The notes under the pieces: model-generated
What the model was told of the DNA's origin: nothing
What the model saw: the letters and a program-made list of their open reading frames with translations, nothing else
Databases searched by the model: none
Translations under genes and position numbers: made by a program
Assembly (NCBI GenBank): GCA_037380845.1
Contig: JARRRI010000020.1
Location: 52,046 to 90,505 of the forward strand
Direction of reading: 5' to 3'
DNA length: 38,460 nucleotides
DNA from: Candidatus Sulfobium sp.
GTDB lineage: Bacteria > Nitrospirota > Thermodesulfovibrionia > Thermodesulfovibrionales > UBA6898
Part shown: positions 32,059 through 38,460 of the stretch, piece after piece
How positions within the stretch are numbered: the first letter of the stretch is position 1
Layout: the number at the start of each line of letters is the position of its first letter

Positions 32059-33123
32059 TTACCGGGCTTTGAGCTTCGAAAGGGCCTCTTTCCATTCCGC
32101 CGCTGTGTTGACGTTCTTCCAGGTGGCCGCTATGGCCGGAGGGATCAGGGGTGTAATTACTTTGGGGTGGCTGGCAAACGTCTGCAGCCTAGAGACCCCT
32201 TTTCGGGCGAGTTCCTCCGCATAGTCGAATATCATGGGTTCATAGCAGGCCGCCGTCGTCTGTGCGGCGCTCTTCGCGTCAAGGCGCGGCAATATTGCCC
32301 ACACCCCGGGCCTTCTCTGCCTCAAGAGCCAGTGCCATGCACGTTTGGTCATCAGGGGCATGTCGACTGCGGAAATGATCCATGTGCTGCCGGGGTCCCA
32401 TCTGAAGGCACTGAGCATGCCCGAAAGAGGCCCCTTTATGCCCGGCACATCGGGCAGACGCCATGACGACGCCAGCGCATCCGGGACCTCTCCCGAGCCC
32501 AACAGTATCGTCCCGGAAGAAATTCCGGAAAGGACCCTGCAGGACCGTTCAATCAATGATTGGGTCCCGATGCGAAGCAGGGCCTTCGATGTCCCCATCC
32601 TGGCACTTTTTCCACCTATGAGCAGGCCGGCCCTCAAGATGCGCCGTGAATGATAATCTGCCAGTTCCCGGTGCACATAGTCCATGAGCTTTTCCGTGTG
32701 AGCAGGATCATCCCTGTAAAGGACCAGATCAGGCTTCTGTCCGTCGGGGGGGCCGCCGATCTCAGAAGTGCCGGCCTCCAGCCAGACCTTCGGGATGCCG
32801 GAGAGTGCCCTATATCCCTCTACCAGGACAAGGTCAAGACCGACCGGCAGACGACTCAGCGCATGGCCCGCATCGCCATCTTCCAGCGGATATCTTGCGA
32901 AAGCCTGCCCGGCGTCACAGGCGAAGACGAAATCCGCGCCCCCCCTGTAAAAACGGGCGCTGTCTTTTCCCTCCGTTTCAAGAGAGAGCTTATGGTGGGC
33001 CGTGTGCTTTACCACCCCGACGGAAAGGCCATCCTTTTTGAGATGTACCAGTGCCTCCTCTATCAGGGTCGTCTTCCCCGACCCGGAATACCCGCTGATG
33101 CCGAGGATAAATGCGTGCGTCAT
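32059..33123 (-). CDS. MobB-MobA fusion (molybdopterin-guanine dinucleotide biosynthesis)
   Basis: N-terminal GYSGSGKTT..VKH..LVEGY (MobB). C-terminal GGKSARMG.K, GPLSG, DMP and NVNT (MobA). Confidence 0.85.
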   Translation of the reverse strand: MTHAFILGISGYSGSGKTTLIEEALVHLKKDGLSVGVVKHTAHHKLSLETEGKDSARFYRGGADFVFACDAGQAFARYPLEDGDAGHALSRLPVGLDLVLVEGYRALSGIPKVWLEAGTSEIGGPPDGQKPDLVLYRDDPAHTEKLMDYVHRELADYHSRRILRAGLLIGGKSARMGTSKALLRIGTQSLIERSCRVLSGISSGTILLGSGEVPDALASSWRLPDVPGIKGPLSGMLSAFRWDPGSTWIISAVDMPLMTKRAWHWLLRQRRPGVWAILPRLDAKSAAQTTAACYEPMIFDYAEELARKGVSRLQTFASHPKVITPLIPPAIAATWKNVNTAAEWKEALSKLKAR

Positions 33124-33240
33124 ATTATGTCTCTGCAACCATGTCGTAATCCCGATTCCTATTTTCCACCATATTTTAGTATAAACCGAACCGGCAGAGG
33201 CGGCAGCAAAATACTTTTTGCGGTCTCCCGCCCTTGGCAG

Positions 33241-33272
33241 TTGACAATGACATCAATTTGTGTTTATATATT
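33241..33272 (+). promoter_or_regulatory. ars operon promoter with a possible ArsR operator
   Basis: Perfect TTGACA -35 box and AT-rich -10 region, with imperfect dyad ATCAA-N6-TTTAT (33252-33267) overlapping the spacer. Confidence 0.5.
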
Positions 33273-33296
33273 GGAGATGAAAGGACTACTGCCTTA

Positions 33297-33566
33297 ATGA
33301 AAGATTCTGCGTTATGAGCGGTAAATGATCTGATGTGACGGACCCAGGGAACAGCAATGGTTTGAGTTATGGAATATACCATAATAAAGATATTTTTTCT
33401 CCTCGCGGTGATTATCTTCGCCGTCTCGGTGATACGGAGTTATTTCCCGCCTGAACGAACGAAAAAGCTTTTAACGCATAAAAAAACGTTGATAGGAAAG
33501 GTCATCGCGGCTCTGATGGCCGTGATGATAATGAGTGTAGGCTATCTCTTTAACGCGGCGTTATGA
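33297..33566 (+). pseudogene. Remnant of ArsP/DUF318-type permease
   Basis: IKIFFLLAVIIFAVSVIRSYFPPERTKK (N-terminal region) is joined directly to SVGYLFNAAL (C-terminus). Three in-frame TGAs lie between ATG 33297 and 33369. Confidence 0.7.
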
Positions 33567-33883
33567 TGAAGATCGATTGCTACCTGTCACAGAAGTGCGG
33601 GGCCGAAGCGGCCCTGAGAGAGAACATCCGGAAGGCGTTGACCCGAGAGGACATGGAGGCCGAGGTCAGTTTTCATCGGTTGTCTGACGTCGAGGCCTCC
33701 CTGAAGGGGTTGAAGGGGTCACCGGCCATATTCGTCAACGGCAGAGAGGTCCAACCGCGGGAGCTTACGGGATTTACCTGAAGGATGTTCAGCGACCGGT
33801 CGGGAAGACTGGTGAATGTCCCCCCCGTTGACGTGTTAAGGGAGATTATAAGGCAGGAAAGGAGAATCGAAAATGGAGATTAA
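33563..33883 (+). CDS. Thioredoxin-fold (DUF2703-like) putative selenoprotein (UGA at 33779-33781)
   Basis: GSPAIFVNGRE..GFT-U-RMF..G.L.NVPP.DVLREII continues 33 codons past the UGA to TAA 33883, overlapping the next start. A strong hairpin follows the UGA. Confidence 0.8.
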
Positions 33884-34110
33884 GGTATTGGGTCCGGGCT
33901 GTCCCAACTGCAAAAAAATGGAGGAGCTGGCCAAAGCCGCGATTAAGGAAATCGGCATCGATGCTACGGTCGGGAAGGTATCGGACATTGCGGAGATCAT
34001 GAAGTACACCATGTCCACTCCCGGTGCTGGTAAACGGCAAACTGAGGCATTCCGGCAAGCAGCTTCGCGGTCTCGAAAAGGTGAAAACTCTGATCGTGGA
34101 AGAGGCATGA
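33873..34110 (+). pseudogene. Small redox-active disulfide protein (MTH895-type thioredoxin), frameshifted at ~34026
   Basis: MEIKVLGPGCPNC...MSTPG, then the expected LVNGKLRHSGK..EKVKTLI continues in the +1 frame to TGA 34110, 1 nt before the arsR ATG. Confidence 0.8.
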
Positions 34111-34111
34111 C

Positions 34112-34495
34112 ATGCAGGAGCTGCTGAACATATTCAAGGCCCTGTCCGATGAAACACGTTTGAGGATATTGAAGCTTCTCGAACACAGCGAGCTTTGTGT
34201 CTGCGATATAGTGGCTGCGCTGGACACTGTCCAGCCCAAGATATCGTTCCACCTCGCTACACTTAAGGCAGCCGGTCTCCTCAAGGACAGAAGACAGGGG
34301 CGGTGGACACATTACCGGCTGGATGACTCCGACCTGTTCAGGCGGATGCTGGTCCTCTCCGTGATGGAACGGATACCGGAGAATGCGGTTGAGGCCGACA
34401 GGAGGAGACTCGGGGCCTTCATGGAAGGAAAGGACACGGCAGGAAAGGTTGTCAGCATGCCGGCCGACAGAAGATGTTGCGGAGGTAACCCCTGA
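34112..34495 (+). CDS. arsR: ArsR/SmtB family repressor
   Basis: FKALSDETRLRI, ELCVCD metal-binding box, SFHL and C-terminal CC. Confidence 0.92.
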   Translation: MQELLNIFKALSDETRLRILKLLEHSELCVCDIVAALDTVQPKISFHLATLKAAGLLKDRRQGRWTHYRLDDSDLFRRMLVLSVMERIPENAVEADRRRLGAFMEGKDTAGKVVSMPADRRCCGGNP

Positions 34496-34701
34496 TGTTG
34501 GAGAGAGCCCGGAAGAGACACCGAAAAAGTCTTGCAATGACGACATGATCATATTTATCTTCCACATAAATGATGACTTGGGGATATTTGACATCCGGAA
34601 AAAGGCCAGCAGACCATTTCCTGAGACTATAAGGTGTCGCTGCGAGACATTCTTCAGCGGCCCTTCCGTGCTTTCAGAGGTTTGCAGCCGGAGGTTAAAC
34701 T

Positions 34702-35133
34702 GTGGTTAAGGTGATGTTTCTATGCACGGGGAACTCGTGCCGTTCACAGATGGCCGAAGGTTTCGCGCGAAAATTCGGTCAGGGGGTCGTCAAGCCATAC
34801 AGTGCCGGACTTATGGCAGCGGGTGTCCACCCCAGGGCGGCCCGGGTTATGAAGGAGAAGGGGATTGATATATCGGGTCAGCGGTCTGAGGAAATAGATA
34901 GAAGGCTCCTGCGACAGATGGATATCGTGGTCACGTTATGCACTAACGCCGAGGAGTCCTGCCCCGTAACACCCCCGAATATAAAGCGCATCCACTGGCC
35001 GGTCAAAGACCCGGTGGGGACCGTCGGCACAGAAGAGGAAATCATGGGCGAATTCAGGCGGGCGAGGGACGAAATAGAAGAAAAGGTCCGTGCTCTGATT
35101 GAGGACCTGAGAGCAGGGCGGGATCCGTCATGA
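34702..35133 (+). CDS. arsC: Arsenate reductase (thioredoxin-coupled, LMW-PTP fold)
   Basis: [12 protein letters not shown], the resolving Cys pair in [10 protein letters not shown], and HW..DP. Confidence 0.93.
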   Translation: MVKVMFLCTGNSCRSQMAEGFARKFGQGVVKPYSAGLMAAGVHPRAARVMKEKGIDISGQRSEEIDRRLLRQMDIVVTLCTNAEESCPVTPPNIKRIHWPVKDPVGTVGTEEEIMGEFRRARDEIEEKVRALIEDLRAGRDPS

Positions 35134-36209
35134 CCCGGGGAACAACGAGGAGGCTCTCTTTTGTCGACCGGTATCTTACCCTCTGGATATTTGCGGCAAT
35201 GGGCATGGGCGTAAGTCTCGGTTATTTCATTCCGGGGACTGCGGCTTTCATCGACAGGTTCCAGGTCGGTACCACCAACATCCCGATAGCCGTCGGACTC
35301 ATCCTCATGATGTATCCTCCTCTTGCGAAGGTGAAATACGAGGAACTGAAAGACGTCTTCCGGAACAGGAAGGTGCTTGGCCTGTCTCTGGCTCAAAACT
35401 GGGTGATAGGGCCGGTACTCATGTTTTTTCTGGCGATCATCTTTCTTCGCGGCTATCCCGGATATATGGCCGGCCTGATAATGATCGGCCTTGCCCGGTG
35501 CATAGCAATGGTCATTGTATGGAACGACCTGGCCTGTGGAGACCCGGAGTATGCGGCCGGCCTGGTGGCCTTTAACTCCATATTCCAGGTGCTGTTCTTT
35601 TCTCTCTATGCCTATGTCTTCATAACCGTCCTGCCGCCCCTATTCGGCCTGAAAGGGGCGGTCGTTCATGTGACGATAGGACAGATCGCAAAGAGCGTAT
35701 TCATCTACCTCGGCATCCCCTTTTTGGGAGGGATGGTGACGCGTTTCAGTATGCTAAGGATCAAGGGACGTGATTGGTATGAGCAGGTGTTCATTCCGAA
35801 GATAAACCCTGTTACTCTTATTTTCCTCCTTTTCACCATCGTGGTCATGTTCTCGCTCAAGGGCAATTACATCGTCAGCCTGCCGCTGGACGTCGTCCGC
35901 GTGGCGATCCCGCTTCTCATATATTTTGTGGTCATGTTCCTCGTGTCTTTCTATCTGGGGAGGAAGATCGGAGCTGATTATCCGAAAACCGCCACGATCT
36001 CCTTTACTGCGGCGAGTAACAACTTCGAGCTTGCCATAGCGGTTGCGGTTGCGGTCTTCGGCATAAATTCCGGAGCCGCCTTCGCCGCCGTAATAGGACC
36101 GCTTGTGGAAGTGCCTGTCCTCATAGGGCTCGTGAACGTGGCGCTCTATTTCCAGAAGAGGTTTTTCACGATCGAATACTGCAGGATTAAAAAAACGGAG
36201 CCGTTTTGA
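35130..36209 (+). CDS. acr3: ACR3 family arsenite efflux transporter
   Basis: [35 protein letters not shown] and GPLVEVP. Confidence 0.96.
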   Translation: MTRGTTRRLSFVDRYLTLWIFAAMGMGVSLGYFIPGTAAFIDRFQVGTTNIPIAVGLILMMYPPLAKVKYEELKDVFRNRKVLGLSLAQNWVIGPVLMFFLAIIFLRGYPGYMAGLIMIGLARCIAMVIVWNDLACGDPEYAAGLVAFNSIFQVLFFSLYAYVFITVLPPLFGLKGAVVHVTIGQIAKSVFIYLGIPFLGGMVTRFSMLRIKGRDWYEQVFIPKINPVTLIFLLFTIVVMFSLKGNYIVSLPLDVVRVAIPLLIYFVVMFLVSFYLGRKIGADYPKTATISFTAASNNFELAIAVAVAVFGINSGAAFAAVIGPLVEVPVLIGLVNVALYFQKRFFTIEYCRIKKTEPF

Positions 36210-36296
36210 AAAACGCGCAGGTTTCGTTTCCATGTGGTCCACTATTATTTTTGATCTCCTTAATAACTTAAAATAGAAAAATGGAGGTGAAACAAC

Positions 36297-37357
36297 ATGG
36301 CTGAACTTAAGTTTCTTAAAGTGGGCGCTCAGGAAAGAGAACCGGCCTGTTCCTGCAGTGTGCAGGGTGAACTCCCGACTCAGACCGATAAAGAACGACC
36401 GGCCTGGATAACAGGGACTATCAAGACCGGTGCGGGCATCATTCCCGTGATATCGACTGACCTTGCGATGTGCGATTACTGGGAGCACGTAAAGTGCAGG
36501 ACGAGCGCTTTCAGAAACGGCTACACTGTCAAACCGGGTCTGTACGCCGCGGGCTCACCCGGCAGGGACTCGGATGTGCTGGTAAGCGCCAATTATAAAC
36601 TGAGTTTCGATACTCTCCGGAAGGCGTTGAGGGGACTGAATGCCTGGGTCCTTGTGCTCGACACCAAAGGCATTAATGTGTGGTGCGCAGCAGGCAAAGG
36701 CGTATTCGGAACCGGGGAACTGCTGCGGCTTATATCGCTTACCTCTCTCGAAAGGGTGGTCGATCACAGGAAGATAATAGTTCCCCAGCTCGGGGCACCG
36801 GGGATCAGTTCCCACCAGGTGAAAAAGGCCTCAGGGTTCAAAGTATATTATGGTCCTGTGAGGGCCGGGGATATCGGAGCCTATATCGCGGCAGGATATA
36901 AGGCAACAGGCGACATGAGGACAGTGAATTTTCCCGTTGTCGACAGGCTTGTGCTGACGCCCATGGAGATCAGTCCCGCAATGAAAAAGTACTATCCTCT
37001 CTAGGCCTGGTAAGCGTATTGGCCGGTGCACTGGTAACGCCGGTTCTTCTGCCCTTCATACCCTTCAGATCCTTTGCATTGAAAGGCTGGCTGGCAGGGC
37101 TGGTGTGCGTCTTACTATTTGTTAGATTTATTCCGATGGCCGGGCAGTTGAATCCCGTACTCCTGTTATTTACTTTCCTGTTTTTCCCCCTGGCGAGTTC
37201 CTACATTGCACTTCAGTTCACAGGCTCGACCACCTTTACCGGGATGTCCGGCGTCAAAAAGGAACTTAAGATATCCGTCCCTGTCTACATGGCGGGTGTG
37301 GCGGTTTCCATTGTTATTCTGCTCGGCTACAAGTTCTTTCAATGGAGGATCATATGA
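36297..37357 (+). pseudogene. hgcA: Mercury methylation corrinoid protein HgcA, interrupted at ~37000 (deletion plus frameshift)
   Basis: PGLY, ANYKLSFD and cap-helix NVWCAAGK (36675-36698) lie in 36297-37004. The TM domain (GALVTPVLLPFIP..KG, FTGSTTFT..SGVKKE) is in another frame, 37001-37357. Confidence 0.88.
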
Positions 37358-37650
37358 AGTATCTCACAAATACGGCAAGTTTGGAATTTTTTTCCGACCG
37401 ATGCACCGGCTGTGGAATGTGTGTCGAGGTATGCCCGCACGGGGTATTCACCCTTGAAGGCAGGAAGGCCTTCATTCTGGACAGGGACCGGTGCATGGAA
37501 TGCGGAGCCTGCGCCGGTAACTGCGCCTTCGGTGCACTCACGGTGGATAAGGGTGTAGGGTGCGCCTCGGCCCTCATTAACAGCATGATAAGCGGGGGCG
37601 AGCCTTCCTGTGGCTGCAGCGGCGACAGCAACAAGAGCGACTGCTGCTGA
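37354..37650 (+). CDS. hgcB: Mercury methylation ferredoxin HgcB
   Basis: CTGCGMCVEVCP and CMECGAC..NC motifs, GVGCA and a C-terminal CC. ATGA overlap with the hgcA stop. Confidence 0.93.
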   Translation: MKYLTNTASLEFFSDRCTGCGMCVEVCPHGVFTLEGRKAFILDRDRCMECGACAGNCAFGALTVDKGVGCASALINSMISGGEPSCGCSGDSNKSDCC

Positions 37651-37716
37651 TATGGAAGCGCTTTTCAGAAAACATGCAGACGATACTGAACTCTCCATGA
37701 GGCTGGTGATAATATT

Positions 37717-38127
37717 GTGAAGATCGAGTTTGAGCCGATAGGGACCGTCAGAACCGAAGTTGAAAAGGTGCCGAGACACTGGACGGTTTCGGATGTCGAA
37801 GGGACGATAATCGTGGACAAAAAGTTTGTCGCCGGCCTGAGAGACATCCGTGCGGGTCAGCGAATAGTGGTTATATTCCATTTTCACAAAAGCCCCGCAT
37901 TTGCCTCCCACTTTCTTGTCCAGACGCCTCCTCACATCAACGAACAGAAAGGAGTTTTCAGTATATGCTCCCCTGTCAGGCCGAACGCGATTGGCATGTC
38001 GGTGCTGGAGGTCGTAGGGATGGAAGAAAACGTTATCCGTGTGAAGGGGATAGACATGCTGGACGGCACGCCCGTTCTGGATATCAAGCCGTTTGTGGAA
38101 AAGGGGAGGAAGGAGGGACTGCAGTAG
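37717..38127 (+). CDS. tsaA: TsaA/TrmO (UPF0066) SAM-binding methyltransferase-like protein
   Basis: PIG, FHFH, GVFS..SP.RPNAIGMS and DMLDGTPVLDIKPF. Confidence 0.88.
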   Translation: MKIEFEPIGTVRTEVEKVPRHWTVSDVEGTIIVDKKFVAGLRDIRAGQRIVVIFHFHKSPAFASHFLVQTPPHINEQKGVFSICSPVRPNAIGMSVLEVVGMEENVIRVKGIDMLDGTPVLDIKPFVEKGRKEGLQ

Positions 38128-38460
38128 TTTTCAGAAAAAGATTTCGGCATCGACCTGGGCAGAAGTCCTGAACAGGCCAGCCAATCGACGATAATCCGGG
38201 CGAGCTGCTGTTTCTTACAGGAACAAAGGGGAGTTTTGGTTGGCGATAACTGTTAAGTTCGCCGCGTTGCTTGGAAAGACCTGTTGCTTTCGGTGCGTGA
38301 TCATGCCCCATGAGAATCTTTGAGAGCTCACTTTCTTCAGTGCGAAATGCCGAGAGAAAGTTTCACCCGCAGACCACTCAAGATGACTGATCACGATTTT
38401 CATCGACTCGTGTTGTTAACACCGACAAGTCCGCACTTTCAAGAAGTTGCAACCGATCTC

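Noticed and set aside
33297..33368. Three in-frame TGAs upstream of the permease remnant as Sec codons
   Set aside because: There is no Cys-like context or evident SECIS, and the gene is otherwise deleted. They are better explained as nonsense decay.
37002..37013. Pyrrolysine or amber read-through of the hgcA TAG
   Set aside because: The same frame hits TAA two codons later (TAG GCC TGG TAA), and the TM domain is in a different frame.
38128..38460. Short ORFs at the window end
   Set aside because: No recognisable protein or RNA motif, and the region is truncated by the window edge.

Overview
Gene-dense bacterial chromosomal segment from an anaerobe; gene content resembles Nitrospirota (Thermodesulfovibrionia) or Desulfobacterota, which is an inference. 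Housekeeping blocks: lpxC, tldD, MTA phosphorylase, a sigma54 response regulator, yebC-DUF502-glmU-glmS-uvrD-gatC-panD, and cdaA-cdaR-glmM-comEC. Four things stand out. (1) A divergent pair of a Cyc2-type porin-cytochrome fusion and an ImcH-type 7-heme inner-membrane cytochrome, a candidate compact extracellular electron transfer module. (2) Three in-frame UGA recoding candidates that the ORF track truncates or misses: Sec-SelD, a thioredoxin-like (DUF2703-like) protein in the arsenic operon, and an unannotated 44-codon Cys-rich microprotein with a CxxU motif, a SECIS-like hairpin and an apparently leaderless promoter. (3) An arsenic-resistance cluster (arsR-arsC-acr3) running into mercury-methylation genes hgcA-hgcB and a SAM-binding TsaA/TrmO gene. 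hgcA, a permease and a thioredoxin are broken, and selD has an apparent in-frame deletion. (4) Two inverted copies of a ~200 bp MITE-like element. No rRNA, tRNA or CRISPR array was recognised.
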